The notes beneath the pieces are model-generated. The model was not told the DNA's origin. It worked only from the letters and a program-made list of their open reading frames with translations, and ran no database searches. The position numbers were made by a program, and so were the translations under genes. This document shows, in pieces, positions 49,110-61,700 of a DNA stretch of 64,000 bases (positions within the stretch are counted from its first letter, which is position 1; every line of letters starts with the position of its first letter). The DNA is from Zygnema circumcarinatum SAG 698-1b (lineage: Eukaryota; Plantae; Zygnematophyceae), in assembly GCA_037447605.1 (NCBI GenBank), contig CM074809.1, positions 1,416,689-1,480,688 of the forward strand, written 5' to 3'.

Positions 49110-52100
49110 TGTAGCACATGCCGGGGGGGGGAAACAAGCGCACGCCCCTGCGGGCGCAATGAAGAAGAGACAAAGGGCAGTGGAGGAGCCAATGATGACG
49201 TGGACGGGGAGCCGCGCGAGGCGAGTCGGCGGCCGTCTGGAGAAGCTTCCGCGTACATTCGGAAATGGGGAGTATCGGCGGGATCGGAGGTGGAGGAGGG
49301 AGTAAGACAAATTCGAAATCGAAAGTTACGGCCGACAGGCGCAATGTGGGCGAAGCGGCAAAAAGTGGCGGGAATTAGAAATGGACCAATGAGGAGTCGT
49401 CATGGCAGGGGGGGTACGGAGGAGGCCGCGCTGTCGGTCACGACGCTCAGCCATGGGGGGGGAGGGAGCTGCTGGCGTGGCAGGGCGGATGTCGTGGTGT
49501 GAGCGCCAGCGCCGAGCAGTTCCCCACTCAAGAGTGAGCCTTCCGGAATGATGGCCCCAGCAGCTCAGAATCTTGGCGGACCGGCACAAATGAAGGGGCC
49601 CAACACGGGAAAAGCCCGTTAGAGTCAGTTTCCGCAAGACTCCTGGGCCAAATGAGCTGATGTGGCGCTCCTGATTCCGCGGGAGGCGGCACGTCGCGCC
49701 TCAAAGTCAGTGAGTTGTCGTCTGTGCGCGCGTTTGAGGTGGTGAGAGGCCATGGAATCTAGGGTTTGGAAGCGTAGGGCCAGGAGCTGAAGCTGCGCTA
49801 CCCGATCCGGGGGAGGCGCATCATCGTAGAAGAGGGGTTCAGCAGAGAGGAGGTCAAGGGGAATGCGGGGCTTACGGCCATAGAGGAGCTCGTAGGGAGA
49901 GAAGCCCGTGGAGGAGTGGACGGAGGTGTTATACGTCGTGAAGACCAGGGAGGGGATGACCTCGCGCCAGTCCGCCTCCAGCTCCGCGCAGCCGCGGACG
50001 CACGCATCCTTGACCGTCTGAATGGTACGTTCTGCAAGCCCATTCTGCCAGGGGGAGTAGGGGCTAGAGGTGCGGTGGATGATGCGGAAGTCCTGCATTA
50101 GCTTGGCAAAGGCCCCCTTGTATTCGGTGCCATTGTCAGAGTGGACAGAGTAGGGGAGAGAGTGGCGGTGAATGATGGCCGTCAGGAGGCGGGCAGAGTG
50201 GACGGAATGCTTAGATTCTGTGGCGTGAACCTCTACCCACTTGGTGTATCTGTCCACGGCTAGGAAGACCCGAATGTCCACCGGGGGATACCGAGCTGGG
50301 GGTAGGAGGGTGTCGATGTTCCAAGTCTCAGCGACGGCCGCGTAGTGGGATCTCACAGTCTCCAGGGGTTGGCAACCTGGGAAGGAGGTTTGGTTGGCAG
50401 CGGGTAGGCTTGATGCACAACAGCGCCATGGAGGACCGGGCCCAGTAGTGGCGTATGCCAGCAGACCACCATCTGCTGGCCGAGGTGGAAGCCTGCAGGT
50501 TGGGCATCATGGGCGCGGTGGGCTCCAGGCAGGTAGAGATGGACGGGAAGGCCGGATGTGGAGTCTCTCGTCATCATGGACAGAGGCCCCGACACGGCGC
50601 ACCGAGCCCTCTCAGTCTGGGTGATAAGGGGGCGGCGTGCGGGTCGTCACGTGGCGCAGAAGGGAGTCTGAATGGACGTAGTTGGCTGGGGAAATGGGGA
50701 GGGGAGTCAAGGAAGGCGCACACGTCACGCATCAGTGGGGGTTTCACGGATCCACATCAGGGTGGCCGTGGGTGAAGGTCAGGGTCCTGCGCAGGCGATG
50801 GAGGCTGGTGCGGCGATAGCAGAATATCGATACAGCCCATATGCGATAGGACATGCATTCCAGGCTTACAGACAGCGATGAAATCTCAATGGGAAGATGC
50901 TCAGGGTTCAAGAGGGGGGGTGGGGGGATGGGCTCAGGAACGGCCGGATCGTGACAGAGGAGTGGAGCCGACGGATTTCGACTGAGGCCGTCTGCATTGC
51001 CGTGGCTCCGTCCGGGACGGTGACTGACCTTAAGCACATTATACTCCTCCAACTTCATCACCCATCGTGCAAACTTAGGTCGGAGGGTGGCCATGATGTG
51101 CAGCCAAGTGAGGGGCATGTGGTCAGTCCGGATGATAACAGGCTGGTAGGCCGTGAAGAGCTTGAACTTCTCGAGTGCCCAGAGGATAGCCGCGGCCTCT
51201 CCCTCAGTAGGGCTATACTTGGTCTCGGTTTCTGAACAGACCCTGCTTGCATAACTGACCGGGTGTTCCCCATCTGAGAATGCTTGGCTGGCCACCGCCC
51301 CAAAGCCTGTCTGACTCCAGTCGGCGTCAATAATGGTGGGAAGGGTGGGGTCAAATTGATGCAGGCAAGGAGCCTGAAGGAGGGCACTCTTGAGCGCGTG
51401 GAAGGCCAAATCCTGCGCTCGGCTCCATTCGTACTGGACTCCGTGCTTCTCCAAGGCATGGAGGGGACGCGCGATAAGGGCATATCCCTTGATGAACCGG
51501 CGATAAAATGAGGTGAGCCCCAAGAAGGACTTGAGCTGAGTGAGGGTTTGTGGAATCGGCATGAGGGCAATCGCTTCAATCTTATCGGGTGATGGTTTCA
51601 GGCCATTGATGCCGAGGCGGTGCCCGAGATGAGTGATCTCCTGGTGGCCCCATTTGCACTTCTTGGGTGCAATCTTCAGACGCGCACTGATGAGCTGTTG
51701 CAGGACTTGGTCAATGTGTTGTAGGTGGGAGGACCAGTCCTTGCTGTGGATCGAAGCATCATCGACATAAGGCTCGCAGAAGGCACGACAGGGGCCGAAC
51801 ACCTGGTTGGCCAGGCGCTGGTGAGTCTGACTGGAATTCTTGAGCCCGAATGGAAGCACTGTCCACTGCACAAAGCGCGTGGCTGTGCGAAGCCCTGTCT
51901 TGCAGCGATCGGCCTGCCGCAGGGGGATCTGCCAGAAGGATTTCTGCATGTCAAGTGCCGAGAACCATCGGTCCTCAAGGGAGACGCCGTGAAGAATCGG
52001 GTCACGTCCGGCAATGTGTCAGATCCCGCTTCGTCTGTGCATTCAGCTTTCGGTCATCCCCGCGAAGCGGAGTGTGCATCGTGAGCGCGCAGACGGCGCG

Positions 52101-54500
52101 GCTGGCCCACGGTTTTCCTCCAGGTTCCCATGATCCGGCAAGCCGCGGTTCTCGTCGATCTGTCGTTCGACATCGGCCTGCTGCGCGGCGGAAAAGCGGT
52201 AGGGAGTCAGGGTCATCACGGGAGGCGCATCCCCCGTATCGATGTGGTGCTCAATCAAGTGAGTCTTGCCGATGTCGAGTGAATGTCGTGCGAAAACTAG
52301 GTGATTTCGGCGCAGCACTTGGCGTAGTTGAGAATGCTTGATCGGTATGGAGGGACTCAGAGGCTGGTCGCATCTGCCCCTGTCTCCGGCCACTCTCATC
52401 ATGATGATCTCATGGGGTGGAAAGCTGGGTGCAGGCAGCGCTGGCGGCAACAGTTCTTCCGTCGGCGTCCCAAGAGCTGGAATCGGAGGAGCAGGAGGGG
52501 GAGTCTCGTAATCGGTATCAGAATTGGCCGATCCATAAGAAGGATGGGGGCTGCCGACCGCATGGTACATGGTGATCTCCGGGTAGGAGACCTGCGCAGT
52601 GGCGTGGCGCTTGGGGAAGGCGGAGGTGGTAAGGGACTCGAGGATGATGGGGAAGGAGCAGTCTGTCCCGCCAGCAGATAGGTGCAGTTGACATGTAGCA
52701 AAGTCGATTTGTGCTCCCATCGCGATGAGCCAATCTGAGCCCAGCAGGATAGAATAGTGTTCAGCGGCCGTGATGACTGCATTCACTGTGGCTCCCATCT
52801 CGCCAAGACTGATGACCACTTGGGCGCTGCCCAATCCTTCATGTAAGCTCCCTTCAACTCCCACATATCGGGGGATGGGCTCAAGTGTCTTGTCCAACTT
52901 AACCCCTGCCGCCTTCATCACAGGCTTGGACAGAACTGTGCGCATAGCCCCCGTGTCAATCATGGCTTTACTGGGATGACCGTTGAGCCATACATTGACA
53001 ATGATTCGCACGTTGGGTGTGGGGATCAGAGGGAGGATCTGAATCTGGCGAGGAGGATGGCGGGGAGAGCGAACTGGGTCCGGAGGAGGCGCCGTCGCCA
53101 TGTGGTGGATATCGGCTGGCGAGGGGACGTCCGGAGGAGATGCCATAGGAACCGTGGGAGGCCGCGGGGTGGCTGCTACAGTGTCCCGGCTAGCTTTCGA
53201 AGCTGCGCGGCAGCACCTGGGTCAGCTGCATGCGGCTGTGACAAGGTGATGCCGATCTAGGCCTTGTTCTCCCATGAGTGATACACCAGTGCGTCTCTGA
53301 GGGGATAGGCCATCTGCTGAGGGATGGTCGCGACCCGGCTGCTAAGTGGGAAACGGGCTGCTCGAGGACGATGTGGAGGGTTGACGTGCATCTCTTCGGT
53401 CGCCGGTGGCGTCGGCTCTGGCTGCGCCGCTGTCGGCTCCTCTTCATTGAGATCTTCAATTTCCTCCTCAGGCAGGGATCCCAAGGGGTGACCCGTGGAG
53501 GGAGGGATGACTGAAGTTCTTCGGACAGGGGTGGCGACCGGTGGAGCCGTGCCCGAGGAACTGGCGCCGTTGACATTGGCAGGGAGGAATGGCAGGGGAT
53601 GAGAATGAGGATCGCTTCAAACTGGCCGGGAGCCTGAGGGCAGTGCAATGTCGCGATCCGACTTGAGCATGGCCCTCAGAGATGGGGGATTGGACAAGGC
53701 CGGTTGAAATCCGCAGCGCCTCGGCAGTGCGTGATGGGCAGCGGAGAAGCGGGCTCAGCACCCAATACGTTTGACATGGAGGGGGAGTCCATGGGGTGCA
53801 GATGGATAGGTGGTCGTTGCAGGATGGTGTAAGCGGGTGAAGGAGGTGGAGACGGGCGAAAGAACCGGAGCTCCGGTGGTGTGGGAGGGAGCATGTCATG
53901 AAGGTGATCTATACAGGTGAGCTCCTGGCTGCCTCTCCCTTTTCGAGGCTTTCTCACTTGAGAGCTTCCGGATGCCTGGCAGTGGTGCTACGTGATCTGG
54001 CAGAGGGTGCAGGTCCATGGTCCGCAACGCAGCCGCGGATTATGATTCAGGCCGCAGGCAAGACAGACGCCCTCTGGAACCCCTGCCTCTGTCATCCGAC
54101 GGCGCAGATCGGCCCTGGCAGCTTCTCTCTCTTCGGGCGTGCGATCGGAATAAGGAGCCCGATATCCTGGACGAGAAACATCTGGTATGTGAGGATTCAC
54201 CGCCGGCTCAATGGGATGGGCCGGATCATGAGGGTATGGGGAAAGGGGAAGGGGCTTGGTTGTGCTGGCTATGGCCAGAGGCTGCACCACAGGGGCTGTC
54301 CGGACGTCCTGAGCAGTGACGCCGGAGAAGGAAGGCTTGTTCCGAGTAGATGTAGCGTAGGGATCGAACAACTGTTGATTCTGCGTCTTCAAGAACTGCT
54401 GGTAGAGTCGATCCTGTCGTGGATCTGTAGCGTTCATGTAATGTGGTCGTACATGTCGGTTGCCTCTCTCTTGATCCTTCTGAATTCGCTCTGCCCTGTC
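49110..54500 (-). pseudogene. pol: Internal gag-pol region of unit 2, heavily frameshifted (real decay or uncorrected sequence)
   Basis: Homologous to unit 1. Fragments: IN 49625..50356, RT/RH 50744..51949, protease MIDTGAMRTVLS in 52043..53146, Gag Zn knuckles 53988..54530. Confidence 0.8.
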
Positions 54501-54510
54501 NNNNNNNNNN

Positions 54511-55254
54511 GCTAGGCTTCTAGTTATCATCGGTCATTGGGATAAGCGTAGGGCAGATTAGGACAAGATGGCAGCTTTGCATAGTGACAGCAAAGGGAAA
54601 AACAGTGCTCAACTTAGATAAAGGTTGCATTTTGGAAACTCACCCCAGCCAGCGGTTGGCTGAGGAATGTCATTACAATGAAATTGTCTTCTCACTGAAA
54701 TCTTTGTCTAGCTGGGCTGAATGGGACGTCTAAATGCTATCAGCAAGAAGAGTCTTTCTCTCTCTCTCTCTATCTATGGCATGGAACTCTCTCTCTCTCT
54801 CTCTCTCTTACTTAGCATCTGTTGCTGTAACTGAAGAGGAAGGAAAAGAAGAAAGAAGAACAAGAAGACAAAGCACACAGCAAATACAAATACTAAGCCC
54901 AGCACTAAAAGACAAAACAGCATCACTGACATCCCATCTACTTAACACTGACAATAGATCTTGAGTCCTAGCAGTGACAGCCTCTGATTGGCTAACTGCC
55001 CACTGAGAGGCCTGACTGACTACGTGGAGCCTTCGGATAGGTCAACGAATGATTATCGGCGGCCTCATGCGGTGTTCCCGAGTGCGCCTTGCTGGATGGT
55101 GTGCTGTTCCGTGGGCCGCCAACGCATGGCGCCGCCTTCTCTCAATCTCCGTTGGCAGCTTCTGAAATTCCGTTGATCCGTGACACGGAAGATGCATATG
55201 TCAAGTACAATTGAACGGACGCGGATCCGTCGAACGCAGCCCCGTTACGCTACA
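54511..55254 (-). repeat. LTR copy C (5' LTR, truncated by the N gap at 54501-54510)
   Basis: Matches 48377-49107. Ends on the plus strand with CCGTTACGCTACA followed by TSD GCGG. Confidence 0.9.
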
Positions 55255-56644
55255 GCGGCCGTCGTCGCCCGACCTTACCATACCGTACGGCTGGGCTTGT
55301 CCGTCCGTCCGTACAACATCGTGGCCCTGCGTCACGGTCGCTGGCGTCATAACCCGAACAGCGAGTGCTTCTGTTGGAGTGCCAACGCGGAGGGAGGTCG
55401 AAGCCGTTGCTCGCTCGCGCGGTCGCTTGGGGAGGGAGGGAGGGAGGAAGCGAGGTCTTTCTTCCTTCGCCTGCCAAGGTGCAATGCGCTGAACCTCTCT
55501 ATGGCTCCTTTCCCTCTGCGGCTCTTCCCTTCTCTAGGCTTTGCCACCTCTTTGCTCCTTCTTAGCCCCTCTCTTCCAACTTATGAATCCCAAAAGTCTA
55601 GACCTTAATTCTGTGTCTTGCCTCGGATGGATGCGATTTTTTCCCTTCATTAGGGGACCATTGGTGTGTAGTTACGGTTGTTTGTGCACATGGTTGCATT
55701 TGCTTTTCGCAATCGATTTCTTCAAGCTGCTTTGAAAGGTTGGTTTCCCTGCTTTTGCGTCTTGCTCTGCTCAATGCAGCTGGCTCAACTGTGGCTCAGT
55801 GGACGACACATGAACCGCGTTAATTCAACACCTTCCGCTTGCACAGACTAGCATCACGAATGTAGCTCAGGCATCTTAACCAAGAATTATGGTGGGGCCG
55901 TTGTTTAAGCCTTAGATTGGAGGCAATGGCTCTCTTTCGTGAATTCTTCTTCGGGTGTTGCCGAAGGGTGATTAGAAAGACATACCGGATTTTATAAATT
56001 CAAGTTTGTCTTTCACTAATTCGTAGGCATGCCACTCTTGTGCTTATGTACACAAGCGAGTTTCTTGAGGCAGGCACATTGCTTGCGCTGAAATGTAGAA
56101 GGGGCTATACATGAAATTATTAATCACAATTCAAAGCGGAGGTCGTCGAAAACTGATTCGGAAACTATCAAGGGCATAGACCGTAACTTACGCAAGCTGT
56201 TGGCAAAATTAATTGATTTTCCAATCAATTGATTGAACGATTGATTAAATCAAGGGCTCGTATGTGATAGCACTTTTACATACTGTGAAAATGTTTCCCT
56301 TCTTTTTTAGCATATCAGATATGAGCTTAGTTGAGCCTGTTTACGGTCAATATGTTCCTCTCCTATGCAGAAGTAAGTTAACTTGTTTTCCTTGATTTGG
56401 AAGTACGTTCGTTTAGTATATAGTACAGCTTCCGGTATTGAATGTTCGTCAGCAACAGGGCAAAACTGGCGTCAATGCAGCCATGAATGACCAGGAGAGA
56501 ATCACGTGATGACGTACGGTTCCTCGCATGGAACGAACCCCCTTTCTATTTTCCACATGACAGGGGCCTTATGATGCAGGCGTGAAATGCAGAATTGATG
56601 CTAACTGCCAAGGGTCGTCTCGTCAACTGTATGAACCTTTCTAA

Positions 56645-57979
56645 ATGCATGCCTGCAAGAATGATGTCTTGCACTTTCTACCGACCACATCGGTTAGAAA
56701 CTTAAGATGTCTGTGTTGTCTGGCACTCAGGCTCACAACCCCTGCTCGGACAGCTGCATCACCACCAGCAATGCGGCAGCTGCACTTACATACAAGCTCA
56801 TTAGCTCCAACTTTTGGTCAAAGTAATGCGTCGAAACTTCAGCGGGCGCGTGACCTTCAACTAGTGAACCACCTGACCATGTCTTTCAGAAGCTTGTCAT
56901 CACCAAATCTCAAATGTTTCTGGCTGGGATCTACTGGACACGGCAAAACTGGCTCTGTTACAAGTCCTATTCACTATGTCGGGCGACAACCATTTGGATG
57001 CCAAGAGAAGGCTCACAAGTGGGTCGTTTCTGCATCTTCGGATGAACGATTGCACGATGGTGGAGCAGGAGGAAACAAACAGGTGCAAGAGATGCTTGCA
57101 AGTATGGTGCGTCTGCAGTCCGGCAAGGCTAGGGTTACAGAATTCGTGGATGAAAGGTCGCAACATCTGTCTAGCATAGTTGAGGACGCTAAGGAAGGCT
57201 TTTCTCTAATAACTGAAACTGCAATCAAGGGCATGGATGCCGCCGGTGAAAAGGTGTGTTTGTTATGGCCCAATCCTCAGGATGATCTCGGCCTGTCATA
57301 CATTGTGCCACAATTCAGTGGATGCATCGAATTGCTCTGACAGCTGTGTAGCTTCCTGAATGATCTGCAAGCCCTGCAGCCAGTCCTGTGAAATCTGTCA
57401 GTCCACATAGGAAATTTCGTTCGTTGCCCATCTGACAACAAACGTGAAACTGCTGTAGTATTCACTTTGCATTCGCAGAATCTCCTAAAGTTGGCTGTTC
57501 ATTTTTGTACTGTGCCGCTCTCCTACTGTGAGCACTGGCAGGTCCTCGAGAAGGTGGAGGCTGAGACGCGGGCCTTTGAAATGGAGCTTGCGTCAGCGAG
57601 AGAGCAGATTGAAAGAGAAGAGCAGGAACTCGATGAGTTTGAAAAGCGAGTCGAGACGGCTCGCAGTGAAGGGCTCTTCTTCAAGAGTCTGTATCGCTCT
57701 ATGAAATCAGGGCAGACGAAGAAGGAAGGCTCGCTGCAAGAGGCGAGTATGGCGGAAAGCCGCCATCTGCAGCAGGTGACACAGAAAGCAGCGGGGTCCA
57801 AGGGCCGGCAGATCCTCTACTCCTTTCTGGCGGTCTTCTCTTTCTTGAGCTTCGGGGAGGCCGCCATGGCGAGTGAAGTGAGCTGGCCCAAGCTCGCACT
57901 TTACGGCATCCTTACAATGGCTTTGGTAGCGCAGTTAATTTATGAAAAGTTTATAGTCGGTCAACAACTCGAGGATTGA
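56645..57979 (+). CDS. Conserved plant-type membrane protein of unknown function (putative plastid transit peptide, coiled coil, two C-terminal TM helices), 2 exons
   Basis: Exon 1 to 57253 (..NKQVQEMLASMVRLQ..KGMDAAGEK|gt). Exon 2 is 57542-57979 with RSEGLFFKSL, AAGSKGRQILYSFLAVFSFL and SWPKLALYGILTMALVAQLIYEK. Start could be ATG 56771. Confidence 0.75.
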
Positions 57980-58734
57980 CGAAGTTCTCTATGACGAACG
58001 AGCAACAGAATGATTGGAAATATGAAAAAATGGACCGAGGCTCTCAATATGCCCTTGTCTGGCTGACTGCCCTTCATGGCGGCCAATGGGATGGTAGGAA
58101 CAGTCGCGTTCCGTTAGACGTCAGCAGGCACGAATTAAATAAAACTGAGAGCTCTTCCATTGCTTGTTTCTGACTTCAGGATTGTAAGAAGCCTACAAAC
58201 CCTAAGTACCCTAAAAAACTTGAGGCTCGCGTAGGTTTGACACCAACCTAGTCCGTTCAGGCCGTCGACAAAAACGAGATGTACAAGTGGAGTAAGAGCT
58301 ACTTTCGCATAAAATATGAATTAGAATCCGAGATTTTTTTTTTTCCCAAGCGAAAAAAGGTGCACATTTCCTGTAATTATCTTGCTTTCCACGTGCCTTG
58401 TTTTTTCCTGGTAAACATCGACATTATTCGTGACGACAACACCACCAAGACCAGCCTACATTGAATTCTCCTGGAAATGAATGCGTGGAACATTCGCCAA
58501 GTCAACCGGCAATCTCCCCAAACCTAAGCCTTTAGTTGAAGCAAAGCCGACTAAAGCGGTCATCCTTTAACTTAACTAACCAGGTCGAATCTTAAAGAGG
58601 TTTACCCTAGTAAGGACCTTGAAAAAAAAAATGAATAACAGAAGTGCATGGAGACGGGGACCTCTCCATTCTGCCATCACTTGCAGCCTTTGTGCAGCTT
58701 TCCATCTGTTCCATGTCGAGCTTCTCCGCTCTGC

Positions 58735-61700
58735 TCATCGTGCCGGCTCCGTATACTTCACCACGCAGTCATAGAGCCGTCCACCCAAGAATTCCGCCAC
58801 CTCGGGATGCTTCACCTGACCAAGACCGCCGCCGTTCCATGACGTGAACAATGGCACTCTGGAAAAGTGCCCTTAACACTGGGGAGATATGCCGACCAAT
58901 GAGGAGGTGGCAGTGACGTTATCAAAAGACAAAGATGGGGCTTTCCCATTGTGCCTTCTGTAACGCCTTTGTGGCCATACAAAGGCCACAATATGTGGAA
59001 TTATCACAACAACACGAGGGACACTTAGACTACAGCTAAATACGAAGCAATAACGGTTCCCATTCACGGCTGCTGGTAGCATCATATTGCTGCATATATC
59101 CATCCCAATACTGCCGGTCATTCGCTCCATGGAGGGCTTACCATGCCTATATTGATGCGGTCGCATTTGAACCTCACAGAAAGATTTGTTTCGATGCCGC
59201 GACCCTGTCAATGAAGCACAGCTCAGCAAGGTTCAAGGAACAAAGAGGGGAAAACAGAGCGCAGGGAGCAAAACAGAATGAGGCTGCTTGAGGCGCTTGT
59301 GTTATCATGCATATGGCAATAGAATGATGCAACAATTAGTCGCTGATATGTGCAGAGTAATCAGCCAAATCAAAAGCTGCATGTACAACTAATGAAGCTA
59401 AACCCGATCCTGGGTGGGCAGTGCTGCTGCTAGCTTGCATCTTGCATCAAATGGAACCATCAAGTAAGCAGAGGGGGATTAGAACACCAACCATGCCTTC
59501 CATTATAACCAGATCGGCGTCATCCGCGACATATGCAAGCTCCTGTGAGACTTGAGACAAATCTGCTACCTGCACAGCCCATGCCCATGTTTTATGGAGT
59601 CAGAAGCTGTGATGCAGTAGGGAGTGCCATGTGAAGTTAGAGATTGACTTACATGAGAGCCGCTGCTTAAAACAAGGAACTTGAGCAAAGAGAGACGAAA
59701 GACAGGTCCTGAAATAAGCACTCTCTAAGTTCCCTGGACAGTAACTGTCGAATGGAGACTAACCGTGCTGACTGTTGGGACTACCTGTGACAATAAACTG
59801 ACATGCAGAAGCCTCTGCACCCTATATTCAACTCTTTGGGCCAGACCGCACCTTTCTGAAAGTTATCCTCAGATTTCCCACCATCCAATCTGCAGAGAAG
59901 GAAGAGACTAGCAGTCAGGGAGACCTAGGTTCACGATGCGCATAACGTTATGACCATAGTTTGCTATATGAAACCTCGTCAGTCCTGATCCAGTTCCCAT
60001 CTCAATAGTGTGAACAATAATCACAGTGGGGAACCATTGTTGGCTTACCGGCAAATCACTCCCCGAGTTGACGACCAGTAATTGGCCACCATCTACACTT
60101 TCTGCAACATCCTCAAACTCCGGCATTTCCTCTATCTGCGAGGCATAATGGAGGAGGATATCAGATGACGATGTTGTAATCCATAGTCTAGTAAAAAGCA
60201 GTCTGCTGTTGGGGATGTATCGTGGTACGTTATCAAAATTTGCTTAAATGCCTCCTTTCAAATCTCCTCTGAATTCCTCATAACTTTTGTACTCCTTTTG
60301 TAATAAAGGTGATCGTCCATAACATTTACAGAAAGGGTTGGGGTTCAAACATTTGATATTGTGAAGCAACAGCCACGAAGTAACAAAGAGCATACAGTGA
60401 CTTGCTCCATATAAGGCTCTATAAATTGTTCCAACCTAGATGACATCATGAGTTGGCAAAAAACTTCAACTCAAGTTCTTAGTGTATGGATTGTACACAT
60501 AATGCCAACGGTGAAATGCCACGAGAGATACCTTGGATATAATCTCCAGCATTTCTCCATATGTGATGTCGTTGATAGTCGGTAAATCATTCACTGCTAA
60601 AACCACCTGCACATGTACAAAGTAAACCAGCCATACAAGATCGTACGTGCCTTAAGACCCAAGTCTCCTTTGCATAGAAGAAGAGAATTCACTTTCGCAC
60701 CAATCTAAATAAGGAATACTTTGATGGGGTTGATAAAGATACAGCAGATAAAAACTCCGAAACCAACAAGCTGGCCTTTGTTCGATAAAATATCCTTCAT
60801 ACAACATATGTACAGACCTGGGTTGTCCAGAGTAAGTAGGAGGATGGAAATAGAAATGACTTGTTGTTGTTGTTGCTGACAACAGAGCCTAGAGCCTATC
60901 TACTTTCTCTTGAATACGATCTATAACAAACAAATATTATTCCGAAGAGGGACCCGCGGCGAATGTGCAGCTTACCTTGGTGCCTTTCCGAAGAAATTCT
61001 CTGGCAAGAGGCAGAATGCCAAGCACAACATCCGCTCCTGCATTGTCGCAGAAGATGATGACCTGCACAAGATCACAGCATTGGCTACTAAAAAAGTTAA
61101 TTGTAAAAAATCAAAATAGGAGTGACAAACTTGCTCTGAGCTGCAGGATGTTGTATAGGAGAGTCGAAGAAGCTTACATATACAAATATAAGAAAGACAC
61201 CTACATGCTAGCCACAGTATATGAGCAATTTCTTCGTACATTGTCAGTCTGACACGTCTGTCCTCTCCGTTGCAGCTACAGAGTGGAGACACCCTCTCTG
61301 TCATAGACTAAAAATTAAAATAATTTTTTTTTCTACATCAACGTCAAACAATTGAATTCCATTGGTAACGAGATTCTTTCAAGCAAAGTTTTTGAGACGT
61401 AGGCGAACAACATGCCTTCTTCCAGGGTTTGCTCAGAAAGGCAGCTTTTGCTTCGTCGAGGTCGTCGAGCACCCAGGGCCGACTTAGAAGACTGTCACAG
61501 GTCTTGGAAAACGACATTTCCCCATTCTCGAACATTTCCGCAGACTGCCCAAAAGCAAGGGGTCGGAGGGAGGGTCAGCTCCAATCACAAGCCTCCGTTC
61601 GCTCGGCATCTTCAACATGTTTGTAATATGTTTTGTAATATGTGAAGGACTTGTATTGCGCATGAAAGCATACCTCAGACCCGAAATTGAGAGAGTTTAG

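Larger units (their letters stand above)
41151..55254 (-). mobile_element. Ty3/Gypsy LTR-retrotransposon tandem array (LTR-internal-LTR-internal-LTR)
   Basis: Outer termini TGTAGC...GCTACA. 4-bp TSD GCGG at 41147-41150 and 55255-55258. Gag-PR-RT-RH-IN order. iMet PBS. Three LTR copies of about 1 kb. Confidence 0.93.
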
